DNA of 64,000 nt, from contig CACJNF010000005.1 of assembly GCA_902594745.1 (NCBI GenBank), forward strand, positions 608-64,607, written 5' to 3'. Positions within the stretch are counted from its first letter, which is position 1, and each line of letters starts with the position of its first letter. The DNA comes from an uncultured Bacteroidota bacterium (GTDB lineage: Bacteria; Bacteroidota; Bacteroidia; Flavobacteriales; Flavobacteriaceae). The notes under the pieces were generated by a model. The model did not search any database. It was not told the DNA's origin and saw only the letters and a program-made list of their open reading frames with translations. Position numbers and translations under genes: made by a program. Below, piece by piece: positions 47,467-56,697 of this stretch.

Positions 47467-48330
47467 ATGAATTCTAAAGAATTACTTAAGAAAGTAAGAC
47501 AAATTGAAATTAAAAGCAGAAGGCTTAGTGACAATCTGTTTGGAGGAGAATATCTTAGTACTTTTAAAGGTAGAGGTATGACTTTCAGTGAAGTTAGAAA
47601 GTATGAATTCGGAGATGATATTAGATCGATTGACTGGAACGTAACAGCAAGATATAATGAACCCTTTATAAAAGTATTTGAAGAGGAGAGGGAACTAACA
47701 TTAATGCTCTTAATTGATGTAAGTGGTTCTGAAAACTTTGCAACTAGCAACAAACTCAAGAAAGAAATAATAACAGAAATTGCTGCAACATTGGCATTTT
47801 CTGCTTTAAAAAATAATGATAAGGTTGGTGCAATACTTTTTTCTGATGATATTGAGTTATTCATCCCTCCCAATAAGGGTAAAAAGCATATACTTAGAAT
47901 TATAAGAGAATTAATTGAATTTAAGCCAAAAAGCTCTAAAACAAATATTAATTCATCATTAAAGTTTCTTCTAAGTATAATTCAAAAAAAAGCAATTGTA
48001 TTTATTTTATCTGATTTCATTGATAAAGACTATGATAAATCATTAAAACTTGCAGCTAAAAAATTTGATCTTACTGGAATAAGAATTTATGATCAAATGG
48101 AAACTAAGATGGCAAAAATAGGCTTTGTACCAATGATTGATGCTGAAACAAATGAGCTTATATGGGTTGATACATCATCAAAGAGAGTAAGGGAAAACTA
48201 TAATCTAAATTATGCTGATTCAGTTAAGTATTTTGAAACTCTTTTCAATAAAAATGGGGCAGGAGTAATTAATTGTGAAGTTGATGATAGTTATGTAAAA
48301 AAACTTCTAGGATATTTTAAGCAACGATAA
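47467..48330 (+). CDS. DUF58-family protein (vWA-like partner of MoxR)
   Basis: The signature VRKYEFGDDIRSIDWNVTAR is typical of DUF58. It lies immediately after MoxR. Confidence 0.85.
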   Translation: MNSKELLKKVRQIEIKSRRLSDNLFGGEYLSTFKGRGMTFSEVRKYEFGDDIRSIDWNVTARYNEPFIKVFEEERELTLMLLIDVSGSENFATSNKLKKEIITEIAATLAFSALKNNDKVGAILFSDDIELFIPPNKGKKHILRIIRELIEFKPKSSKTNINSSLKFLLSIIQKKAIVFILSDFIDKDYDKSLKLAAKKFDLTGIRIYDQMETKMAKIGFVPMIDAETNELIWVDTSSKRVRENYNLNYADSVKYFETLFNKNGAGVINCEVDDSYVKKLLGYFKQR

Positions 48331-49899
48331 ATGAAAAATTTTTTAATTGTATACCTATGTTCAAGTACTTTGTCATTTAGTCAAAATCCAAATTTTGATC
48401 AGGATATAATTATATCTACTAATGTAGATACTACCGAAGTAAAAATAGGCGAAGAATTAAACTTTAAAATTGATGTATCCTCAAAAAATAAATACAATAT
48501 TTCATTTGATGAAATTCCAAATTTTATGCCTTTTGAGATTTTAGAGTCATTTGATACTGATACAATTCAAGAGTCATCTACTTTTTCAAAGAGGTATTCA
48601 TTAATAAATTTTGAGCCTGGAGAATATTGGATTCCACCTCAAAAAATATACTTTAATCAGTCAATAAAATATTCAGATTCATTATTAATTGTAGTAAACG
48701 ATGTTGAAGTTGATACATTAAAACAAAATCTTTATGACATTAAACCAATTATTCCTGTTAAAAGAAATTATCAAAATCTACTATTAAGGATATTTATTGC
48801 AATAATTGTTGGTTTCCTTGTATTCTTTATCTACCGATATTATTTGCTGAAAAAAAACTTAAAACCTAATGAAGAAGAAAAATCCTTATATGAGTTGGCA
48901 AATGAGAAGTTAGAAAACTTGAATAGCCTGGATCCTAATTCTCAGATTGAATTCAAAGAATATTATACAATTTTAATTGATATTTTCAGGGAATATCTTG
49001 AATCCCAGATTAAAATACCTGCTATGGAAAGTACTTCCAAGGAGCTCATATTAAGAATTAATTTACTAAAAGATAGTGGCAATTATAATTTTGAAAAAAG
49101 TAAAATAACTAAGCTTGAAAGTCTTTTCACTAAGTCTGATTTAGTCAAATTTGCAAAATCACTTCCTACGAAATCAGATATTAAGAATGACTTAGATATA
49201 ATATCAGACTTTATTGATGATACCGAAAATATTTATAATGAAAAATTTAATATAGTTGAAGACATAGAACCCGAAAATGAGAAATATTCAATAATTGACG
49301 ACTTAAAAACCTTTTTAAAATATTCGTTTTTAATTCTTTCCTCAATTCTATTAATATCAATTTTAATATTTGGTTATTATCCTGTTAGAGATACTATATT
49401 GATGAATCCAACAAAAACTCTAATGTCCAAAGAATGGTTCACAAGTCAATATGGTTCTCCACCAGTTGAATTAAATTCTCCAAACATTTTAGTCAGATCA
49501 AACGACACCCTTTATGATAGTAAATTTGTCATGGGGGACTTTAAAGATGCATTTTTTTTGACAATTGATTTTAAAGATGTTGTGCAAGTTGATAACAACC
49601 CCAGTCTTGATTTAATAAAAAATAATTTAATTAATCAATTTCAAACTATGGGCTCAAAAAATATACTTTTAAAGGATGATCAGTTTACAATTAAATCTGG
49701 AGACACTGGGTTAAGACTTTTTGGAAGTCTTGATATTGAAATTAAAAACAGATTAATTAGATCTAATTTTACTACTGTTATTCTTCCCTATGATAAAAAA
49801 ACTATCAGACTTACAATAGTTCATAGAGCAGATGATAGGTATGCGGACAATATAAAGTCTAGGATTTTAGAAAGTTTTGATATAGTAAAAGAATTGTAA
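48331..49899 (+). CDS. Bat-operon membrane protein, 522 aa (BatD-like N-domain, DUF4381-like TM/helical segment, second TM, extra C-domain)
   Basis: Signal peptide, a beta-rich domain, TM1 (LLLRIFIAIIVGFLVFFIY), a helical region resembling the BatD C-terminus, TM2 (FLILSSILLISILIFGYY), and a ~170 aa C-terminal domain. The domain assignments are by eye only. Confidence 0.5.
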   Translation: MKNFLIVYLCSSTLSFSQNPNFDQDIIISTNVDTTEVKIGEELNFKIDVSSKNKYNISFDEIPNFMPFEILESFDTDTIQESSTFSKRYSLINFEPGEYWIPPQKIYFNQSIKYSDSLLIVVNDVEVDTLKQNLYDIKPIIPVKRNYQNLLLRIFIAIIVGFLVFFIYRYYLLKKNLKPNEEEKSLYELANEKLENLNSLDPNSQIEFKEYYTILIDIFREYLESQIKIPAMESTSKELILRINLLKDSGNYNFEKSKITKLESLFTKSDLVKFAKSLPTKSDIKNDLDIISDFIDDTENIYNEKFNIVEDIEPENEKYSIIDDLKTFLKYSFLILSSILLISILIFGYYPVRDTILMNPTKTLMSKEWFTSQYGSPPVELNSPNILVRSNDTLYDSKFVMGDFKDAFFLTIDFKDVVQVDNNPSLDLIKNNLINQFQTMGSKNILLKDDQFTIKSGDTGLRLFGSLDIEIKNRLIRSNFTTVILPYDKKTIRLTIVHRADDRYADNIKSRILESFDIVKEL

Positions 49900-50903
49900 T
49901 GTTTAAAGATTTGTACTTAGCAAACCCAGAATATCTTTTTATTTTGATAATTATACCAGCAATATTATTTTTTTGGTATAAGTTCGGAAAATATACTCAG
50001 GCATCACTTACACATTCTTCTTTATCATATTTAAAGGCTAAAAATTCACTTTTAACTAAGCTTAGACCCTTGTTAAATATAATAAGAGTATTAGTTATAT
50101 TACTATTAATAATTGCGATTTCGAGACCTCAATCTAAGTCAACATCTAAAAGGATTACAACATCAAGAGGTATTGATATTGTTATGGTTATTGACATCTC
50201 TTCAAGTATGTTATCTAAAGACCTAAAGCCAGATAGATTATCTGCCTTAAAAAATGTTGCTTCAAACTTTATTGATGATAGACCAAATGATAGGATAGGT
50301 TTAGTAGTTTATGCAGCCGAGAGTTATACTAAAACACCTGTTACAACTGACAAACTAATCCTTAAGCAATCTCTATCTGAAATTAATTATGAGGCTCTTC
50401 TAGAAGATGGAACTGCTATAGGCATGGGACTGTCAACTGCAGTTAATAGACTTAAAGAGAGTACTGCTAAAAGTAAGGTAATTATTTTGCTCACTGATGG
50501 AGTCAACAATTCAGGTTTTATAGATCCAAGAATTGCTGCAGAACTAGCTGCTGAATATGAAATTAAAACATATACTATTGGTCTAGGAACAAATGGAAGA
50601 GCACTTGCACCAGTATCAATTCTTCCCAACGGAAATTTCCAATTTAGTCTTACAAAAGTTGAAATTGATGAGGATCTTTTAAGATATATTTCTGAAAAGA
50701 CATCTGGAAGATATTTTAGAGCAACTGATAATTTAGAACTTCAAAATATTTATGATGAGATCAATAAATTAGAGAAGACAGAAATAAAAGAAACTATTTT
50801 CACTAATGTTTCTGAAAAATATAGGCCATTTGTAATGTTAGGGTTTATATTCTTTGTAATAGAAGTATTTGCAAGAAAAACAATATTTAAAAGCTTTGTA
50901 TAA
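49899..50903 (+). CDS. batA: vWA-domain membrane protein BatA
   Basis: N-terminal TM helices, vWA MIDAS DISSSM and a C-terminal TM. It occupies the position of batA in the Bacteroides aerotolerance operon. Confidence 0.8.
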   Translation: MFKDLYLANPEYLFILIIIPAILFFWYKFGKYTQASLTHSSLSYLKAKNSLLTKLRPLLNIIRVLVILLLIIAISRPQSKSTSKRITTSRGIDIVMVIDISSSMLSKDLKPDRLSALKNVASNFIDDRPNDRIGLVVYAAESYTKTPVTTDKLILKQSLSEINYEALLEDGTAIGMGLSTAVNRLKESTAKSKVIILLTDGVNNSGFIDPRIAAELAAEYEIKTYTIGLGTNGRALAPVSILPNGNFQFSLTKVEIDEDLLRYISEKTSGRYFRATDNLELQNIYDEINKLEKTEIKETIFTNVSEKYRPFVMLGFIFFVIEVFARKTIFKSFV

Positions 50904-51943
50904 TGTATGAGATAGACATTACATATTTTCTTTATTTAGCATTAGTAATTCCGCTGTTAGTTATTGTCAATTATATCTACATGTTATGGAGGAAGAAAGT
51001 ACAGAATTCATTCTCTAAGCATGATTTATTAGAATATATTAGCCCTAATAGATCAAATTTCAAGCTTAATCTTAAGCTTATTCTAGAATGTTTAGCTATT
51101 TTATGTTTATCCATAGCACTTGCTAACCCTAAAATAGGAACTGAGCTTAAAACAATTAATAGAGAAGGAGTTGATATTGTTTTTGCAGTAGATGTATCTA
51201 AAAGTATGCTTGCAGAAGATGTAGCTCCTAATAGACTGTTAAGATCAAAAAGAATAGTTTCAGAAATAATAAACTCTTTATCAAGTGATAGGGTTGGTAT
51301 TGTTGCTTATGCTGCTCAGGCTATTCCGCAAGTTCCTCTTACTACAGATTTTGCTTCTGTAAAAAACTTTCTCCAGATAATAGATACAGATATGCTATCA
51401 TCTCAAGGAACATCAATTGATGCTGCACTAAATTTATCTGTAAATTTCTTTGATCAAAATTCGGAGACAAATAGAGTTTTAATACTTATATCTGATGGAG
51501 AAGATCATGATGATATACCTGATGATTTAATTGACTTAATCTCAATAAATGACATAAACTTAATAACAGTAGGAATTGGAGAAGATTCAGGATCTACTAT
51601 ACCAATTAGATTAAATGGAGCAATTGATTCATACAAAAAAGATATTAATGGAGAAGTAGTCATTACCAAAAGAAATAGTTTGATTCTTAATAAAATAGCA
51701 GATTCTTCCGATGGCGATTATATTGATGGAAATTTTACAGAAGAAGCCTTAGATCAAGTAAAATCTATACTTAATCAAATAGATAAGTCTGAGTTTGAAA
51801 CATCTCAGTTCATTGATTATAAACAACAATTTCAAATATTTTTATTTTTGTCTCTGTTATTTATAATTTGTGATGTATTTGTTTTTCAGACTAAAACAAA
51901 ATGGATACAGAATTTAAATTTATTTAATGAAAATAAAGATTAA
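50903..51943 (+). CDS. batB: vWA-domain membrane protein BatB
   Basis: MIDAS DVSKSM, flanking TM helices, and its position after batA. Confidence 0.8.
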   Translation: MYEIDITYFLYLALVIPLLVIVNYIYMLWRKKVQNSFSKHDLLEYISPNRSNFKLNLKLILECLAILCLSIALANPKIGTELKTINREGVDIVFAVDVSKSMLAEDVAPNRLLRSKRIVSEIINSLSSDRVGIVAYAAQAIPQVPLTTDFASVKNFLQIIDTDMLSSQGTSIDAALNLSVNFFDQNSETNRVLILISDGEDHDDIPDDLIDLISINDINLITVGIGEDSGSTIPIRLNGAIDSYKKDINGEVVITKRNSLILNKIADSSDGDYIDGNFTEEALDQVKSILNQIDKSEFETSQFIDYKQQFQIFLFLSLLFIICDVFVFQTKTKWIQNLNLFNENKD

Positions 51944-52661
51944 GATACTTCATGTTACTTTTTTATTTATCACTTTCATGTCATTCTCGCAAAGTGATCC
52001 AAATAACCTTGTTCTAAAAGGTAATGCTGATATTTTGAATAAGAACTACAAAGATGCTGAGGTTGAATATAGAAAGGCTATATCTACTAATAAAAATCAA
52101 AATAAAGCAAGTCATAATTTAGGTAATCTTTTATTTGAAAATCAAAACTATGATGAGGCTATTCAAGAGTATTTCAAAACACAAAAAAACTCAGAAATAG
52201 ACCTTGAAAAACATTCAGCTTTTCATAATCTAGGAAATTCTTACATGAAGAAAAAGGATTATGCACAAGCAGTAGAAGCATATAAAAATGCTCTCAGAAA
52301 TAATTCTGCAGATGATGAAACTAGATATAATTATGCTCTTGCAAAGAAATTTTTAGAAGGGGACAAACGTCAAAATTCTGAAAATAGTGAAGATTCAGAA
52401 GAAGAAAAACAGGATCAATCAGAAGATCAGAATGAGAATCAAGATGAAAATCAAAACAGTGATCAAAATTCTGAATCAGAAAAGGAAAAACCAAAAGATC
52501 AAGATGATAAGGAAGAACAAGAACAAGGTGGAGGTCTTTCAAAACAACAAATGGAAAATCTGTTAGAAGCTGTAAATAATATTGAAAAGGACTTAAATGA
52601 AAAACTTAAGTCTGGAAAAAAGAAATTACAAACAACAAAAAAATCAGAAAAAGATTGGTAA
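51927..52661 (+). CDS. batC: TPR-repeat protein BatC with acidic low-complexity C-terminal half
   Basis: TPR-like repeats (…AEVEYRKAI…, …AIQEYFKT…, …AVEAYKNAL…) are followed by an E/D/Q/N/S-rich tract. Confidence 0.7.
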   Translation: MKIKIKILHVTFLFITFMSFSQSDPNNLVLKGNADILNKNYKDAEVEYRKAISTNKNQNKASHNLGNLLFENQNYDEAIQEYFKTQKNSEIDLEKHSAFHNLGNSYMKKKDYAQAVEAYKNALRNNSADDETRYNYALAKKFLEGDKRQNSENSEDSEEEKQDQSEDQNENQDENQNSDQNSESEKEKPKDQDDKEEQEQGGGLSKQQMENLLEAVNNIEKDLNEKLKSGKKKLQTTKKSEKDW

Positions 52662-54394
52662 GAAATATAACAATATTGATACTTGCTTTAAATAGCTTAT
52701 TTCTCTCTGCTCAGGTAAAGTTTGATGCATCTGTAAGTAAAGCTAAACTTGGACTAAATGAAAGATTGAGAGTTGATTTTGTTATGAATCAAAACGGTGA
52801 TAATTTCTCACCTCCTGATTTTGAAAATTTTCAAATAATTGGAGGTCCAAATCAATCTATAAAGACTTCCTATGTTAATGGGGAAAGGAGCTTTTCAAAA
52901 ACATATTCATATTTTCTCCAACCCCTAAAAAAAGGTTCTATTAGAATTAAACAGGCAAGCATTGAAATAGATGGAGAAGAATATAAATCACTTCCAATTG
53001 AGGTATTAATAACAGACTCGGTTAGTCAACCGTCAGAGTCTGTTACTCAATACTATAACGATGACGATATAGAGCTACGCGCTTTAATTTCTAAAGGTTC
53101 TCCTTACCTCAATGAACCAATAACAGTTATATATAAGCTATATTATAAAGCTCCAATAAATATCTCTGATGCTAGAGAGACTGAAACTCCAAACTATAAA
53201 GATTTCTGGAGTCAGACTATAAAGATTCCTCAATTAAAAGTTCAAAGAGAAATATATAAAGGTCAAAATTATAATGTAGTAGAGTGGAGAAAAGTCGTTT
53301 TGTATCCTCAAAAATCTGGTCAACTTGAAATATCTCCATTATCATTAAATCTTGTACTTGATGTCCCCACTGACAAAAGAGATTTTTTTGGAAATGTTAT
53401 TTATGATCAAACATCTCAATTTATCTCAACTGGTATGAGAAGAATAAATGTTAAAGATCTTCCTTTAAATAACAAGCCATCGAGTTTCACTGGAGCTGTC
53501 GGTCAATTTGAGTTTGATGTAATTCTTAATAAATCTTCTCTTAGAGCAACTGAATCTTTTCAAGCTGAATTAAAAGTTAAAGGTGAAGGTAATTTAAAAC
53601 TTTTTGATTTACCTGATCTTCTGGTCCCAAGTTCTATGGAATTATTTGAACCACAACGAGAAGAATCAATTAACACCAATCTTTCAGGCATGAGTGGTTC
53701 AATAACTAAATTATTTACAGTAATTCCAAGATTTCAAGGCAGCTTTCCTATTGAGGAAGTTGAATTCTCATATTTTGACCCTCAATTAGAATCATATAAA
53801 ACACTTAAATCTCCTAGACTAACAGTCGATGTATTTGACGGACCTACAATTGCCAACTCATTATCAAATAGTTCAAATGTTATTACACCTAATGACTCAT
53901 TCAGATTTATTAAGACAAAGGCTAACTTAATTAAGATAGATGATAGTGTGTTTTTTGAATCTCAATTGTTTTACATTTTAGTCTCTTCACCTTTTGCAAT
54001 GGTTATTGCTTTTGTTATGCTAACTGCTTATACTAGAACTAGAAAGTCATCAACTATAGAGTTGCAAAAAGCTCAAGAAAAAGAAATTAATAAAATGATT
54101 GATGCTGCAAAGAAATCATTAAACGATAAAAATATATTTTATGACCTAATTGAAAAAGCCTTATTAAAAACATTGTTATTAAAATTTTCAATAAATATTG
54201 AAAACTTTAATAAAGAGAAGATTAAAAGTATATCAAGGGATAAAGGAGTTGATGAAAAAACTATTTCAAAAATTATTCAATTAATTGAAAATTGTGAAAG
54301 TGCCAAATATTCAAGGTCCTCAAATTCGATAATGAATAATGACCTAAACAATGCAAGAGAAGTTATTAACCTGATTCTAAAAAATAAGCAATGA
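52655..54394 (+). CDS. batD: BatD-family (oxygen tolerance) protein
   Basis: 579 aa with a signal peptide, repeated beta-rich domains, and a C-terminal TM plus helical tail. It lies between batC and batE. The start is TTG. Confidence 0.75.
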   Translation: MVRNITILILALNSLFLSAQVKFDASVSKAKLGLNERLRVDFVMNQNGDNFSPPDFENFQIIGGPNQSIKTSYVNGERSFSKTYSYFLQPLKKGSIRIKQASIEIDGEEYKSLPIEVLITDSVSQPSESVTQYYNDDDIELRALISKGSPYLNEPITVIYKLYYKAPINISDARETETPNYKDFWSQTIKIPQLKVQREIYKGQNYNVVEWRKVVLYPQKSGQLEISPLSLNLVLDVPTDKRDFFGNVIYDQTSQFISTGMRRINVKDLPLNNKPSSFTGAVGQFEFDVILNKSSLRATESFQAELKVKGEGNLKLFDLPDLLVPSSMELFEPQREESINTNLSGMSGSITKLFTVIPRFQGSFPIEEVEFSYFDPQLESYKTLKSPRLTVDVFDGPTIANSLSNSSNVITPNDSFRFIKTKANLIKIDDSVFFESQLFYILVSSPFAMVIAFVMLTAYTRTRKSSTIELQKAQEKEINKMIDAAKKSLNDKNIFYDLIEKALLKTLLLKFSINIENFNKEKIKSISRDKGVDEKTISKIIQLIENCESAKYSRSSNSIMNNDLNNAREVINLILKNKQ

Positions 54395-55128
54395 AAATTC
54401 TATATATTATTTTATTGTTTTTAAATAATCAAAGCCTAGATTCAATATTTGATTCATCGAATGATCTATATACAAATGGAAATTATCAAATGGCTGTTGA
54501 GGGTTATCAAAGGATTTTAAATTCAGGTTTTGAAAGTGCTGAGCTCTACTATAATCTTGGAAATGCATTTTATAAGCTTAATAATATTCCAGAAAGCAAT
54601 TTCTTTTATGAAAAAGCAAAATCTATATCCCCTTCTGATGAAGATATATTGATGAATTTATCTTTTGCTCAGAATTTAAGAATTGATAAAATTGAAAAGC
54701 TTCCAATTACTCAAACTCAAAATCTAAAAAATAATACTCTAAACCTTCTAAGTGAAAAAGGATGGTCTTTGCTATTAATAATCTTAGCTTGGATTGCATG
54801 TATTTCGTTTATACTATACTTATCAATTAAAAATCCCACACAAAAAAGAATCTTTTTTTCTCAATCTATTATACTGGCAATTATTGCAATAGTTGTATTA
54901 ATGATAAACTATGAAAAAAAGGAATTAAATAACGAAAAGTTCGCTATAGTATATGATAAAGAAATTGAAGTGTGGTCTGAACCTAATAAAATCTCCGAGC
55001 TTAAATTTTTACTTCATGAGGGAACAAAAGTAAAGCAGATTGATACTATTCAAGACTGGGTAAATATTCAGCTTGAAAACGGAACATTAGGTTGGATTCA
55101 ATCATCTAGTATTAAAACATTAGATTAA
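54391..55128 (+). CDS. batE: TPR plus SH3-domain protein BatE
   Basis: N-terminal TPR region (AELYYNLGNAFYKL), a central TM pair, and a C-terminal bacterial SH3 (…WVNIQLENGTLGWIQSSSIK). Confidence 0.7.
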   Translation: MKILYIILLFLNNQSLDSIFDSSNDLYTNGNYQMAVEGYQRILNSGFESAELYYNLGNAFYKLNNIPESNFFYEKAKSISPSDEDILMNLSFAQNLRIDKIEKLPITQTQNLKNNTLNLLSEKGWSLLLIILAWIACISFILYLSIKNPTQKRIFFSQSIILAIIAIVVLMINYEKKELNNEKFAIVYDKEIEVWSEPNKISELKFLLHEGTKVKQIDTIQDWVNIQLENGTLGWIQSSSIKTLD

Positions 55129-55617
55129 ATCATTTGGATATTCATAATTAATTATCTCTACTGAGTTAAAAATAATTTCAGAAAGAATATGTAGCTGTAT
55201 CATAAGATTAGACTCACTAAGTATTTTCATAGGAATAAGATTGAAACTAAAAATAATCTTTGATAATATCATTAATATTAATAGAAGCTTTAACCCTCCA
55301 AATAATGATCCAAGAAGACTGTTTAATAATCCTAAGTATACAAATTTTATAAGTTTTGTGAATCCTTTTGCAATAAAAATAATAGCTGAATATGATAGTA
55401 GAAAAATTAATATAAAAACTATAATATTTAATATGTCAAAATTTATGTTTATTAATTCTACTATCTGTCTTGAAACAATATCATCCAAGTTTATTGAAAT
55501 AAAAAAAGCAATAAAAACCCCAAAAAAACTAGATAGTTCAATTATTAGTCCCTTTTTATATCCCTTTATTAAACCGTAACCTAATAATGCAATTATTATT
55601 AAATCAATTAAATTCAT
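55120..55617 (-). CDS. CvpA-family membrane protein
   Basis: MNLIDLIIIALLGYGLIKGYKKGLIIEL... is a typical CvpA N-terminus. 4 TM helices, 165 aa. Confidence 0.75.
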   Translation of the reverse strand: MNLIDLIIIALLGYGLIKGYKKGLIIELSSFFGVFIAFFISINLDDIVSRQIVELININFDILNIIVFILIFLLSYSAIIFIAKGFTKLIKFVYLGLLNSLLGSLFGGLKLLLILMILSKIIFSFNLIPMKILSESNLMIQLHILSEIIFNSVEIINYEYPNDLI

Positions 55618-55628
55618 AAAACTTAATA

Positions 55629-55636
55629 TATATTTG
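55629..55636 (+). promoter_or_regulatory. Candidate -7 promoter box (TATATTTG) for pheS
   Basis: Exact TAnnTTTG match 51 nt upstream of ATG 55688. Confidence 0.4.
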
Positions 55637-55687
55637 CAATATACAGAAGGATAGTCATAGACGTTTAATTTTATTTAAAAAATTAAG

Positions 55688-56692
55688 ATGATAGGCAAAC
55701 TAGATGAACATATTTCATATATCAAAAATTTCAAATCAAAAGATATTGATGAGATAGAGTCTTTGAAGATTCAATTTCTAGGTAGAAAAGGAATAATTAA
55801 TGATCTATTTAGTGAGTTCAAAAATGTTCCTTCTGATCAAAAAAAAGAATACGGCCAAAAAATAAATGAGTTAAAAAATTTAGCTCAAATTAAGTATGAT
55901 GAATTAAAATCAGTTAACTCAAAGTCTATTAAGAGTATTTCAGAAGATTTAACCAAACCGGGATTCCCTATTTCTAACGGAACTTTGCATCCAATAACTA
56001 TAATTAAGAATCAGATAATTGAAATTTTTTCAAAAGTTGGATTTGAATTATCAGAGGGGCCTGAGATTGAAGATGATTGGCATAATTTTACTGCACTTAA
56101 TTTACCAAAGCATCATCCTGCAAGAGATATGCAAGACACTTTCTTCATTCAACAAGACCCCGATATTCTATTAAGAACTCATACCTCTTCAGTACAGGTT
56201 AGGTATTTAGAAAATAACTCACCTCCTCTGAAAATTCTTTCACCTGGAAGAGTATATAGAAATGAGGCAATTTCATCTAGATCACATTGTATTTTTCATC
56301 AAGTTGAAGGAATCTATGTTGATGAGAATGTATCATTTGCAGATTTAAAACAGATGATTCTATATTTTACTAAGTCAATGTTTGGAAAGTCCAAGTTAAG
56401 GTTTAGACCTTCCTTTTTCCCATTTACTGAACCAAGCGCAGAAGTTGATATCTACTGGGGACTAGAAACTGAAACTGATTATAGAATTACAAAAGGTACA
56501 GGTTGGCTTGAAATTATGGGTTGTGGTATGGTAGATCCACAGGTTCTGGAAAATTGTAATATTGATTCAGAAAAATATACTGGTTATGCATTTGGCTTGG
56601 GTATTGAGAGAATTGCAATGTTAATCTACCAAATCCCCGACATTAGGCTATTCTTTGAGAATGACGTTAGATTTTTAAATCAGTTTAAATAA
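55688..56692 (+). CDS. pheS: Phenylalanine--tRNA ligase alpha subunit
   Basis: Class II motifs [18 protein letters not shown] and [11 protein letters not shown], plus [10 protein letters not shown]. Confidence 0.95.
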   Translation: MIGKLDEHISYIKNFKSKDIDEIESLKIQFLGRKGIINDLFSEFKNVPSDQKKEYGQKINELKNLAQIKYDELKSVNSKSIKSISEDLTKPGFPISNGTLHPITIIKNQIIEIFSKVGFELSEGPEIEDDWHNFTALNLPKHHPARDMQDTFFIQQDPDILLRTHTSSVQVRYLENNSPPLKILSPGRVYRNEAISSRSHCIFHQVEGIYVDENVSFADLKQMILYFTKSMFGKSKLRFRPSFFPFTEPSAEVDIYWGLETETDYRITKGTGWLEIMGCGMVDPQVLENCNIDSEKYTGYAFGLGIERIAMLIYQIPDIRLFFENDVRFLNQFK

Positions 56693-56697
56693 TAAAT

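Noticed and set aside
47313-47873. 186-aa minus-strand ORF spanning the MoxR/DUF58 junction, and a similar 148-aa ORF at 45567-46013 antisense to hflX.
   Set aside because: They are long for this AT-rich DNA. However, they are S/L/I-rich with no motifs, and they lie opposite genes with unambiguous Walker and G-motifs. This is most likely a codon-bias artefact of the opposite strand.
55241-55579. 112-aa plus-strand ORF opposite the CvpA-family gene.
   Set aside because: The minus-strand product has the typical CvpA N-terminus and 4-TM layout, and it fits the flanking gene boundaries. The plus-strand ORF is N/I/K-rich with no features.
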